This document shows positions 1-10,963 of a stretch of 35,154 nucleotides of DNA, piece after piece. The notes beneath the pieces are model-generated. The model did not search any database. It worked only from the letters and a program-made list of their open reading frames with translations, and was not told the DNA's origin. This stretch comes from Octopus bimaculoides (lineage: Eukaryota). Numbering within the stretch: the stretch's first letter is position 1; each line of letters begins with the position of its first letter. The stretch spans positions 6,076,070 through 6,111,223 of the forward strand of contig NC_068982.1 of NCBI RefSeq assembly GCF_001194135.2. Direction: 5' to 3'. The position numbers and the translations under genes were made by a program.

Positions 1-212
1 ATATATATATATATATATAATAATATAATGCATCAAGTTGAGTAAAAAGTAAGCAATGTTTTGAACTATGAACAATTTGTACCGGATTTTAGCAGTTTTG
101 AATTTTTTTAAACATAATTTTGCAGTTGTTTGATAATACAGACATAGACCTGCCCAAATGCATCAATAAATTAACATTGATATTTTTTGCACTTTTGTTA
201 GAGTCAGCTGAA

Positions 213-957
213 ATGGAAATGTCAAACCGCGATATTAGAGCAATTTTGATATTCAACTTCAAAAAAGGACGTAATGTAGCTGAAACTGCTCGCGATATCA
301 AGGAAATGTTTGATGAGGAAATGACCAGTGAGTGGTCAGCTCGAAAATCGTTTACACGATTTTGCAGTGGATACCTGAGATTTGAAGATCGTGAGCGTAG
401 TGGACGCCCATCCGTCATCGATGGCAGTCAATTAAAGACCGTCATTGAGAAAGATCCACGTAAAACCATTCGAGAACAGGCAAAAGAATTTCAAGTTAGC
501 TAGAAAACTGCATGCAACCATTTACGTGCGATCGGAAAATCAAAACAGCTCGATAAATGGGCACCACGCGATTTGAATGAAAATCAGAAAATGAGCAGAT
601 ATGAAATTTGTTCGTCGCTTCTTCTCTGTAACCAGACCGATCCATTTCTCGACTGTATTGTAACGTGCGATGAAAAGTGGATTCTGTGCAATAATAAAAA
701 ACGTTCGTCGCAGTGGTTGGATCAAAATGAAGGACTGAAAACCTTCCCTAAAGAAAGTTATGGCAACTGTTTGGTGGAGTATCCGGAAAAACCATTACTG
801 CAGAAACATATTGCTATGAAATTGCCAAAATGAATGAAAACCTGCTACTCTTCCGTCCGAGACTGGTCAACAGAAAAGAGTCAATCATTCTTCATGACAA
901 TGCTCGAACACACTAATGACGACCCAGAGGTTGAGGAACTTAGCTACGAAGTATATA
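213..957 (+). mobile_element. Decayed mariner (Tc1/mariner) transposase, running into an assembly gap
   Basis: Reads MEMSNRDIRAILIFNFKKG..TARDI..GRP (HTH), WAPRDL (WVPHEL-like), TCDEKW and LHDNARTH. Has an in-frame stop at 501-503, frameshifts and an internal deletion after TFPK. Confidence 0.93.
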
Positions 958-1522
958 NNNNNNNNNNNNNNNNNNNNNNNNNNNNNNNNNNNNNNNNNNN
1001 NNNNNNNNNNNNNNNNNNNNNNNNNNNNNNNNNNNNNNNNNNNNNNNNNNNNNNNNNNNNNNNNNNNNNNNNNNNNNNNNNNNNNNNNNNNNNNNNNNNN
1101 NNNNNNNNNNNNNNNNNNNNNNNNNNNNNNNNNNNNNNNNNNNNNNNNNNNNNNNNNNNNNNNNNNNNNNNNNNNNNNNNNNNNNNNNNNNNNNNNNNNN
1201 NNNNNNNNNNNNNNNNNNNNNNNNNNNNNNNNNNNNNNNNNNNNNNNNNNNNNNNNNNNNNNNNNNNNNNNNNNNNNNNNNNNNNNNNNNNNNNNNNNNN
1301 NNNNNNNNNNNNNNNNNNNNNNNNNNNNNNNNNNNNNNNNNNNNNNNNNNNNNNNNNNNNNNNNNNNNNNNNNNNNNNNNNNNNNNNNNNNNNNNNNNNN
1401 NNNNNNNNNNNNNNNNNNNNNNNNNNNNNNNNNNNNNNNNNNNNNNNNNNNNNNNNNNNNNNNNNNNNNNNNNNNNNNNNNNNNNNNNNNNNNNNNNNNN
1501 NNNNNNNNNNNNNNNNNNNNNN
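958..1522. other. Assembly gap (other gaps: 2192-2942, 3117-3126, 3702-4028, 17527-17696, 19923-20023, 23914-24438, 27486-27751, 32396-32733)
   Basis: Runs of N, almost all bordered by (TA)n, (TG)n, (GA)n or (ATT)n. Confidence 1.
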
Positions 1523-1595
<73 letters not shown>

Positions 1596-2942
1596 ATATA
1601 TATATATATGAATATTTCTTATCAGTTTCAGCTCAGAGCTGTGGCCATACTGTGGCCATACTGTGGCACCGCCGTTTTGCTACACGGATATTATTGAGAG
1701 CCTCCTCTGATATATAGCATTTGATGAATAAAGTTGTTTGATGTCACTGCCATCATTTTGAACAGAGAGTAATTTTAATTTGAATTTAATCTGATTTGAA
1801 ACAGCGTTAATTTAAAAACGTCAACAACATTAACTTAAAAACGTAATACTATAGGGTGTTCAGGCATCTCACCCCCAAAGAAATCTATTCCATGTGCGTC
1901 ACAAATAGTCCCGTATGAAAAGAAGTCCTCTTGTGGAGGGATTACGGTTTAACCATCTAACTTAGAGATATCAAATATAAAATATATAAGAATAAGGGCA
2001 GGGAATCGTCAATTAATAATAGAATTAATAATTAACAATTTTGCCAAGTAGTTCAGTATGAAAAAACCTTTATCGGTAAAACCATTTATCATCATAAATA
2101 TACAGGGATTAGCATTGAGTTGCTTCTCCAACATACTGAAAATTTAGAAATAGCAGTCAAAGAACTACTGATTCTAAACTACAAATTTTTCNNNNNNNNN
2201 NNNNNNNNNNNNNNNNNNNNNNNNNNNNNNNNNNNNNNNNNNNNNNNNNNNNNNNNNNNNNNNNNNNNNNNNNNNNNNNNNNNNNNNNNNNNNNNNNNNN
2301 NNNNNNNNNNNNNNNNNNNNNNNNNNNNNNNNNNNNNNNNNNNNNNNNNNNNNNNNNNNNNNNNNNNNNNNNNNNNNNNNNNNNNNNNNNNNNNNNNNNN
2401 NNNNNNNNNNNNNNNNNNNNNNNNNNNNNNNNNNNNNNNNNNNNNNNNNNNNNNNNNNNNNNNNNNNNNNNNNNNNNNNNNNNNNNNNNNNNNNNNNNNN
2501 NNNNNNNNNNNNNNNNNNNNNNNNNNNNNNNNNNNNNNNNNNNNNNNNNNNNNNNNNNNNNNNNNNNNNNNNNNNNNNNNNNNNNNNNNNNNNNNNNNNN
2601 NNNNNNNNNNNNNNNNNNNNNNNNNNNNNNNNNNNNNNNNNNNNNNNNNNNNNNNNNNNNNNNNNNNNNNNNNNNNNNNNNNNNNNNNNNNNNNNNNNNN
2701 NNNNNNNNNNNNNNNNNNNNNNNNNNNNNNNNNNNNNNNNNNNNNNNNNNNNNNNNNNNNNNNNNNNNNNNNNNNNNNNNNNNNNNNNNNNNNNNNNNNN
2801 NNNNNNNNNNNNNNNNNNNNNNNNNNNNNNNNNNNNNNNNNNNNNNNNNNNNNNNNNNNNNNNNNNNNNNNNNNNNNNNNNNNNNNNNNNNNNNNNNNNN
2901 NNNNNNNNNNNNNNNNNNNNNNNNNNNNNNNNNNNNNNNNNN

Positions 2943-2984
<42 letters not shown>

Positions 2985-3126
2985 TATATGCACATATATA
3001 TACACATAAATATATACATACATATGTACATATATATATATATGTGTGTGTGTATGTGTGTGTATGTATATAATATATATTATACACACACACACACACA
3101 CACACAAACACACACANNNNNNNNNN

Positions 3127-3180
<54 letters not shown>

Positions 3181-3186
3181 ACATGT

Positions 3187-3345
3187 CGCTGTGTGGTAAG
3201 TAACTTGCTTCTCAACCACATGGTTCCGGGTTCAGTCCCACTGTGTGGCACATTTGGCAAGTGTCTTCTACTATAGCCTTGGGCCGACCAAAGCCTTGTG
3301 AGTGGATTTGGTAGACGGAAACTGAAAGAAGCCCGTCGTATATAT
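3187..3345 (+). mobile_element. tRNA-derived SINE family A, 5' half
   Basis: A-box-like GCTGTGTGGTAAG, B-box-like GGTTCAGTCCC, body TTGGCAAGTGTCTTCTACTATAGCC..GAAACTGAAAGAAGCCCGTCG, then (TA)n. The same body recurs at least seven times in the window. Confidence 0.85.
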
Positions 3346-3349
3346 ATAT

Positions 3350-3664
3350 TAAGGTTACGATGACGAGGGTCACAGCTGATAAATCAACGGAACAACTTGC
3401 TCGTGAAATTAGCGTGTAAGTGGCTGAGCACTCCACAGACACCTGTACCCTTAACGTAGTTCTCGGGGAGATTCCACGTCACACAGAGTGTAACAAGGCT
3501 GGCCCTTCGAAATACAGATACTACTCATTTTTGCCAGCTGAGTGGACTGGAGCAACATGAAATAAAGTGTCTTGCTCAAGGACACATTACGTCGCCAGGA
3601 ACTGAACTCACGACCTTACAATCGTGAAGAAAATGCCCCTAACCACTAAGCCACGCACCTTCAC
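3350..3664 (-). mobile_element. tRNA-derived SINE family C (CORE/V-like central segment)
   Basis: Minus strand starts GTGAAGGTGCGTGGCTTAGTGGTTAGGG (A box), then GTGAGTTCAGTTCC (B box) and GTGTCCTTGAGCAAGACACTT. Confidence 0.75.
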
Positions 3665-3669
3665 TATAC

Positions 3670-3701
<32 letters not shown>

Positions 3702-4111
3702 NNNNNNNNNNNNNNNNNNNNNNNNNNNNNNNNNNNNNNNNNNNNNNNNNNNNNNNNNNNNNNNNNNNNNNNNNNNNNNNNNNNNNNNNNNNNNNNNNNN
3801 NNNNNNNNNNNNNNNNNNNNNNNNNNNNNNNNNNNNNNNNNNNNNNNNNNNNNNNNNNNNNNNNNNNNNNNNNNNNNNNNNNNNNNNNNNNNNNNNNNNN
3901 NNNNNNNNNNNNNNNNNNNNNNNNNNNNNNNNNNNNNNNNNNNNNNNNNNNNNNNNNNNNNNNNNNNNNNNNNNNNNNNNNNNNNNNNNNNNNNNNNNNN
4001 NNNNNNNNNNNNNNNNNNNNNNNNNNNNAGTGGGTGGTTAAGCTGCACGGTTTACAAACACTCGGTTATAAAATTATTATTATTATTATTATTATCATTA
4101 TTATTATTATT

Positions 4112-4676
4112 CTGTTTATTCTGAAAGACTCTCGGATAGTTCTTAATTACCGGTTATTCTTTACCTGAAAGCAGACAATAACAAATCACCGAAGGTTTCG
4201 AGTAGTGCCTTCCCCTGTGACTCAAAGAGACAATACTCTCCTTAGAATGCGAGCTGTACCCAACAATGCTGTCTTCTGGATCACCTCGAGCCTGACTGCA
4301 GCTCCAATATTCTTAATATGCTTTTCAAAGCCCTTGGAAACTGTTCCTAATGCTCCAATTACCACCGGTATCACCATTACTTTCCTCATGCCCCATATCT
4401 TTCCTATCTCGTCCCACAGTGACTCGTATTTCTCAATCTTCTCAGTTCCTTTACATATCACCCTCGAATCGCCTGCAGCATCTATTATCTTTACTTTTTT
4501 TTCATTTTTATGGATGAGCATGATATCTGGCTGTCTCGCTTCTATGACTTGGTCACACTGCATTTTAAAATCCCAGAATATTTTATAATGCTCTTTTTCC
4601 ATTACTCTCTCTGGCTTGTGTTCATACCACTGTTCGGTTCTCTCGTGGTTTCCTTTACCGCACAACAGCCAGTGGA

Positions 4677-4677
<1 letters not shown>
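4112..4677 (-). mobile_element. 5'-truncated R4/Dong-like non-LTR retrotransposon (restriction-like endonuclease C-terminus plus 3' UTR)
   Basis: Open frame WYEHKPERV..KIFWDFKMQCDQVIEARQPDIMLI..EKIEKYESL..VIPVVIGALG..QKTALLGTARILRRVL ends in a stop at 4222-4224. Flanked by (ATT)n at 4073-4111 and 4678-4720. Confidence 0.88.
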
Positions 4678-4720
<43 letters not shown>

Positions 4721-4724
<4 letters not shown>

Positions 4725-5330
4725 GAAAACAGGCAGGTGTTACTGTAAAGGTGGCAGTGGGAGTAGCACCAGCAACAGTGACGGAAGCTATGGTAGCAGA
4801 AGCCACAACAACGACAACTATCGCAAGAAAACCAGAGCAAACAACACCAGAAGAAAACATACAAGACACGGACACCTCCATGCATCCAAGTGATGATGAG
4901 AGGGAAGTCCAAAAGTCTAACAAAACAAGAAAGAGACACAGAAAAAAATGGAGAAAGCTAAGAAACGGCAAACACAGGCACACCACGATCACCAGCATCA
5001 TCACAAACACCCGCAACGGAATCAAAAACACAATAAACTTTAAAAAGAAAAATGTCACTACAACAACAACAACCGTCCGCGTAGCAGCGGAATTTCTTGC
5101 CAGTGATGACGAAACTTCTTACACCATCAACTACAGATTCGCCCGCAGCACAGTAAGAATGACAGCAGCAGTAACAACAACAACAACAACAACAACAACA
5201 CCGACAGAAAGAACGTCAACTGAAATACCTTTCAGAGCAACAATAGCAAAAGCCAACATCAGAACAGTTCCGACCTCTACCACTACAGACAAAAGTGGCC
5301 CTCCGTCTTCTGTAGACCTACCAGCACGCA
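4721..5330 (+). mobile_element. Probable LINE ORF1 low-complexity tail fragment (Ala/Thr-rich, acidic, then Lys/Arg-rich, then Thr-rich)
   Basis: Stop-free, A-rich frame with the same compositional order as the ORF1 tail at 28960-29450. No true start codon; the ORF-track start lies inside the Dong-like element. Confidence 0.4.
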
Positions 5331-5419
5331 ATAAGCTTCAAGCTCACATTATACATGCACTTTTCCCCCTTGATTTAAGCCGAGATCTTGTGCGACAAAG
5401 GTAAAAAGAAACCGTTCAA

Positions 5420-5639
5420 ATTATCTTGTCTACTCTACGCACAAAGCCCGAAATTTTTGGGAAGGGGGCAAGTCGATTAGATCGACCCCAGTACGCAACT
5501 GGTACTTAATTTATCGACCCCCGAAAGGATGAAAGGCAAAGTCAACCTCGGCGGAATTCGAACGCAGAATCTAAATACAGACGAAATAACGCTAAGCATT
5601 TTGCCTGGCGTGCTAACCTTTCTGCCAGCTCTCCGCCTT
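5420..5639 (-). mobile_element. tRNA-derived SINE family B (MetaSINE-like central domain), near full length
   Basis: Reverse complement of GGCGG-GAGCTGGCAG..GCCTTTCATCCTTTCGGGGGTCGATAAATTAAGTACC..TTTGTGCGTAGAGTAGA. Confidence 0.85.
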
Positions 5640-5657
5640 AAAAATAAATTAAGTATA

Positions 5658-5819
5658 ATTTTTCTACTCAAAGCACAAAGCCAGACATTTTTGGGGAGGG
5701 AGTCAGTCGATTAGATCGACCCTGGAAGGATAAAAGGTAAAGTCGACCTCGGCGGAATTTGAAGTCAGAACGTAAAGACAGACGAAATACCGCTAACCTT
5801 TCTGCCAGCTCGCCGCCTT
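5658..5819 (-). mobile_element. SINE family B copy with two internal deletions
   Basis: Same consensus, but about 32 nt are missing between ATCGACCC repeats and about 21 nt between GCTAA repeats. Confidence 0.85.
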
Positions 5820-6001
5820 CGTTCAAATGATCTTTGTTAGATCAAAGAGAAACATATGCAACAAAAAGTCTGTCCCAAATTGAGAGCCTACTTGAAGGAA
5901 AGCAGAAAAGAAGTTAGTTATCAAAGACCAACATGCTCGCGATTACAATAACGATATAAGCAACAAATCACAAATACGACATCCACATTTGTTGAAAAAA
6001 A

Positions 6002-6029
6002 GCCGCAATAATTTTGCACCAACCCAATA
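6002..6029. repeat. Solo mariner terminal inverted repeat plus TA
   Basis: GCCGCAATAATTTTGCACCAACCCAA-TA is nearly identical to the TIR at 15213-15238. Confidence 0.75.
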
Positions 6030-8406
6030 AGAGAAATCATTAGGTTGATATAGTCGACTGTACCTCTCCTACAAAATCTCTAGCCTTGTGCCTGCTTAAG
6101 AAATTGTTGTTGTTTTTGCTGCAGTGCTGTTAATGTTACTGCTTGCCACTCTTGTTTGGAAACTATTTTATCTGTTACAAAACCAACCCACAAATTTGAC
6201 AGCTGAAAATGGCTGTTTAACATAAGTGTAAATTTTTTCGATTCGGTCTTCGCTGACACTTAAACAACTTTAGATCTAAGAGTACATGCTGACACTGACG
6301 TCATTTTTGGTCTATTTCATGGCAAGACTTGGTGGTTGTGGTTGATGACAATAACGATGTTGTCTTGCAATATACTAACACAATTACGTACCTTATAACA
6401 CCGAGATAATATTTGAAAAAGAATGGAGTATCAAGTTTCGCAGATGGCTTAAAGGTGGTGGGTAAATTATCTGGGCCTTTAATATTTTAAAGCGATATAG
6501 CGATCTCTTTGCTATAAAACCCCACCTCCACCCAAAATGCAACTTGTACCACCAAAGATAATATTTGAATTAAGTCTCATGTTTCGTTGATAGAAAAAGG
6601 TTCCCCTTTTCATTTATAGTTTATAAGATGGATTAACCCTTTGTGTCTTAATTTTTATTAATACTTTTAATACTGCACTAACTTATTTTGGAAGCCTTAT
6701 CAGACGTTTAATCGCCGTTTGTTCGCTGTTCAGCACGACTTGTTGAAAGGTGCTGAGACGAAAACGCTCGCTTGTATATATTCGAAGTGACATGCTTCGA
6801 ATAACAACAGCTGTGCAATCTGTTTAGGCGTTTGTATTGACAACAGGATCTGTTCTCCAAGACGGAGAAACTAAATGGTAACGACACTGGCAGCAGAAAT
6901 GATAACAATATCGAGAGTTGCAGTGCGGTGAACTCCTCGTTTCCTTCTCTGACATGCATAGTAAGAGAGGAGTCTACCACACTGCCGCCATCTTCTTGAT
7001 TTTCGTTTCCTTACGAGTAACAGAACAAATGGAAAAAAAAAAGAAAACAATAAATAAACGACATGGTTAGGAGTTGCTGGAGAAGACCATAAAAACCACA
7101 CGAAAGTCATGTTCGGTCGTGTGAAGAAAGGAACGTTGGTTGAGGCAACGGAGTGACCTTTGTTGCCAGTGCTTCTGTTCGCCTTGAATGCTGACTTTAA
7201 AATCTCTTTATCAACGAGATGAACCAACGCTGAAGCCTCTACACGATAGCTCTATAAACGGGAAATAACAGCCAAATCGCCCTCAGCACAAATCGTGCTG
7301 TCTCTAAAAAATAAAGATACTTAAGATAAGGCAGGACAGAGTGCATATGACTTAAAGAAAGCTGTGATGAACTTTTTTACTCGTTGAGAGCCAACTGAGG
7401 GATAAGAAAGAACATTCTCCTCCTCCTCTTCATCATCATCATCGTCATCATCATCAACAATAATGAAAAGGTCTGCCAAGTAACATGTACAGCGGTAGAG
7501 AACGACTAGAATTTGTTTATAATCAACATTTTGTGGTCATTTGTAAAGGAACACTATCGAATAAGCAATTTCTCCCGACGAAAGAAAAGTAATAAACTGC
7601 AGCTTCGATATTTACTGTGCATGCTGCGAAACCCCATCTCTTGCAGCAGTGTGGCTTTTGAAAGACACGGTCTGCTCCATCTAGTTTTCCACGAACGAAT
7701 CTAGCACCGAGTGTACCGCGACTGAGTATACCACAAGCAATGCCGATAAGTAACTTCGTTTTTGAGACACGACAGGCCCCGGCTTTGTGTGCATGTATTA
7801 TTGTTGGTTATCTCACTTCTTTTGCAGGAAGGAATCGCAAAAACATTTGTACTGCTGCAGCAAGCTGTAAGACTGGGTTTTCCCTCACATGTCAGTGAAG
7901 TCTTAAAAGACGGCCTATTTCTCCGACTGTATGTGTGTGTCAGTATTTGTTCCAGTCCACCTCCTTACCGCCCGCCAAGAGCAGATTGCTAACTGAGGGC
8001 ATATCCGTGGCAAATAACGAACGACACTGTGTCGTCTGTAAGTTGCACTGTCTCCAGAAAACAGCCGACTCTTAAATTTTCTTTGCAGACCCTTTGCTCA
8101 GCGTTGAAGTATGTGACAGCATCACTACACCCACCGCCGCTGGAAGGGCAACGGTGGTTGTTGTTTTCGTCGTCGCCATTGTCAGCAGACGGTAGTAATA
8201 TTCCATTAGCGAAACGTACGTGCGATTAGATCGAAGTCTATTCTATGAGCTCTTTTTGGGGGTCATTGTTTTCAAGATAGACTGCTATCGAAATTAATGA
8301 CCACCATGAACTCTTGTAACGCCAATTGTTAAGTTTTCACTCTTGAAAAATCACTAAATCGTCCTCATCCACCCGTAGGTACGCATACGACGGAAATTGT
8401 CGACGA

Positions 8407-9582
8407 TACGAGATTGATCCAGATAATGGTTATATGCTTGTTTTAATGCTTAAGTCAAGGGAAGGAAACCCATTCATTAAAGAATGGTGAAACTGAGATA
8501 TGACTTATAAATTAAGATATAGAATTAGCGAATATATTTCTCACCAGAAAAAAAAAAAACTGACTTGTGACTAGTCCAGAGTTACTTCATGCAGCTGAAT
8601 GTGCAGTCATGTGTTCATCTAGCGGTATGCAGCTGATCTGCACGTTTCCTCTAGGAATGTTCTTTACCAAGTTTCCGAGGCAGCTGGTATGTTAACTACA
8701 AACAAATTAGAATACTAAAAAGTAAGTGCCACCAGCTGGCAGACAAAAAGCATGGAAATGATGGAAAATGGTCCACGCCTCAGGTATCTATCGCTGTTAA
8801 CAAGACAAATGCTAAAGGAAGAAATTCTTTTCTACTCTAGGCACAAGGCCCGAAGTTTTGGGGGAGGGGGCCAGCACGTCGCCTTGTGCCAAAGGAAGAA
8901 ATTGGAGCCATTCTTATTGCGACACTGAAGGTGAAATTCTCGGACCACCACAAAACACACTTTAGATACAACATGAAGAGAGCACGGTCGCTTCAATGAA
9001 GCTCGAAAGTCGGAGGTCGGAAGGAAATCAGATTCATCTTAGATCTCTTTATAATGCAGAATGGCACGGCTCGGAACCCTCGGAAGGAACTGTAATTGGC
9101 CTCGGTAGGAGTATGGTTAGAAAGCAGAAATTAGAGGAATTGAAGGAAAGAGCATTGCTTGCAAGAGACGTTCCAGTTAAATTTGACTCGACATGAGGAA
9201 ATTTTGGCAGTTTGGTCAATATCAAGTGGTGTTTGATATTTCTTAGACGTTGGAGCGAGCTAGTTTGTTCGCCCCGATAACAGACGAATCTTCGATTCGC
9301 TTCGTGTGAGACCGGTGTCTGTACGCTGTTGCAGACGAGTTAGTCGATGGAAAAACGTAGAACTTTCTAGATGGGCGGGAAGCTGAAAACCGAACTGCAC
9401 ATTGCAGATAACAAGTTTATACGTCAGCGAGTGCACGCGTGCTACTTTGGAGATGTCATCGGGAACGTTTTCTGGCGATTAAATTTTCCTAGAAGTGTGA
9501 CGGCAATGAAACCTTTAGGCGGCAGGCTTACTGCTGCTGCCAATACCTTGAAACGCAGACAAATCTGCAGCGGAGGACGTTA
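8407..9582 (+). pseudogene. Highly degenerate, internally deleted 18S rRNA relic spanning the 5' to the 3' end
   Basis: 8407-8460 matches the canonical 18S start TACCTGGTTGATCC..TTAAGCCATGC at 38/54 ungapped. Further motifs in order: GTGAAACTG 8487, CAGAGTTACTTCATGC to 8592, AAATTAGAATACT near 8704, GCATGGAAATGATGG 8750, AGGTGAAATTCTCGGACC 8929, CGAAAGTCGGAGG 9004, GGAGTATGGTT..AGGAATTGA..GCA 9108-9154 (40/47), AATTTGACTC 9180, CCGATAAC 9274, GCACGCGTGCTAC 9433, 3' hairpin and end at 9554-9582. Confidence 0.88.
8827..8890 (-). mobile_element. SINE B 3' fragment inserted in the 18S relic, 13-bp TSD
   Basis: AAAGGAAGAAATT at 8814-8826 and 8891-8903. The insert matches the SINE B 3' end. Confidence 0.85.
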
Positions 9583-9950
9583 AACCAACTTGTTTTGTTA
9601 GTTTTTCTTTTATAGCCAATTATTTGCTCCTGTACCACAAAGCAAAAACAAATGCAACTTGTAACTCCCGAGATAATATCTGAAGAACAATTGAGTTTCA
9701 GATTTCGTTCACAGAAAAATAAGATCGTTGACCCTTTTTCTTTTTTCATCTTTCTTTTGCAACATATAAGAAGATTGTTTAACTCTTTGAAGTTCAACTT
9801 TTACATATTCTAGTGCAGCTTCAGAATACTTTGGCCAATTTTGATAAGAATATCTGATGTTTAATTATCCAGCATTTTGTAGATGTACTTTAAGCTGGTC
9901 CAACGAGTAGCAAGTTAATTAAAACCAATCGGAAATTCTTTTATCATTAA

Positions 9951-10188
9951 ATCTTTTTCCAAGTTTCATTCATTCGAATACGGTCATGCTGGAGCACAGC
10001 CTTGAAATATTTTTAGTCGAATGAATCGACCCCAGTACTTTTTTTTGTTTTTGTAAAGTTTGGTACTTATTCTATCGGAGTCTGTTGTCGAACTGCTAAG
10101 TTATGGGGACGTAAACTCACCAACAACGGTTGTTAAGCGGTGATGAGAGATATATACAGACACAATATCTCATGCACATGCACACACA

Positions 10189-10235
<47 letters not shown>

Positions 10236-10408
10236 GTGCTCGCGTGCGCGACGGGGTTTCTTTCAGTTTCTGTCTACCAAATCCACTCACAAGGCTTTGG
10301 TCGGTCCGAGGCTATAGTAGAAGACACCTGCCCAAGGTGCCACGTAGTGGGACTGAACTCAGAACCATGTGGTTGGGAAACAAACTTCTCACAGCCACTC
10401 TGGCGCCT
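9951..10408 (-). mobile_element. SINE family A, full length with internal (CA)n
   Basis: 3' end CGGTCATGCTGGAGCAC, internal microsatellite, and head ending GCGCC on the plus strand. Confidence 0.85.
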
Positions 10409-10531
10409 AATTATTCGACTCTCTGTTGTCCAAAGGATGCTACTTAAAGGGATGCCGCGTATATTGTTGGTTATTCTCTCAACTTTTGAAATGCGCTGCG
10501 ATAAAAATAATATCGTCCTTAGTGTTATTAA

Positions 10532-10754
10532 CCCATTAAGTCCCAGAGTACTTAAATTTCTGAATATTATTTTTAAATTTTTACAGATGATTAAAAATAG
10601 GTTAAAATGAAAAAAATAATTAGTAAAACTCCTTTACTTCAAGTAGAAATGGAAATACTCAGTGTCCTATAAATAGGACGCTGAGACAATGTGATACAGC
10701 TTAGTTAATGTTCTCATTTAGTGTCCTATTTATAGGACAGTAGGACTTAATAGT
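10532..10754. mobile_element. piggyBac-like MITE
   Basis: TTAA at 10528-10531 and 10755-10758. Left end CCCATTAAGTCCCAGAGT matches the reverse complement of the right end at 13/18. Palindromic subterminal repeats GTCCTATAAATAGGAC (10664-10679) and GTCCTATTTATAGGAC (10723-10738). Confidence 0.65.
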
Positions 10755-10963
10755 TTAACGAATTTGATTATCTATTTGCAAACTTCCAATATATGCCATC
10801 AGAAATTTTTGGTAAAAAACCTAGTTTTGTAGTTTTTAAGAACTCTGTGTTTTGTTTTTGTTGGTAACTTTTTATATTGTCGGAATCTGAAAATTTGCAT
10901 TTGCGAAAGTGACTTCTTCATGAAATTTGAACTTCTCTTTCAAGTTGCATTTTAACGAATCTA

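Noticed and set aside
1880-2191. Possible Penelope-derived repeat (also 25560-25915 and 32734-32795)
   Set aside because: The resemblance is from memory only, with no ORF, ribozyme core or second copy in the window to support it.
834-4168. Long ORFs in the track containing X runs (also at 17.3-17.9, 19.8-20.1, 23.7-24.6, 27.4-27.9 and 32.3-33.0 kb)
   Set aside because: They are open only because of N gaps and dinucleotide repeats ([16 protein letters not shown]).
7750-7758. GTAACTTCG 9-mer shared with 28S
   Set aside because: No flanking similarity; expected by chance.
8726-8738. GTGCCACCAGCTG as the SSU 530-loop motif (GTGCCAGCAGCCGCGG)
   Set aside because: It is out of order relative to the better-supported AAATTAGA block just upstream (22/32 with correct spacing). 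The alignment is ambiguous, so it was not used as evidence.
8407-9582. Functional 18S rRNA gene
   Set aside because: It is about 700 nt too short, helix 1 and other stems are broken, near-universal positions are mutated, and a SINE is inserted.
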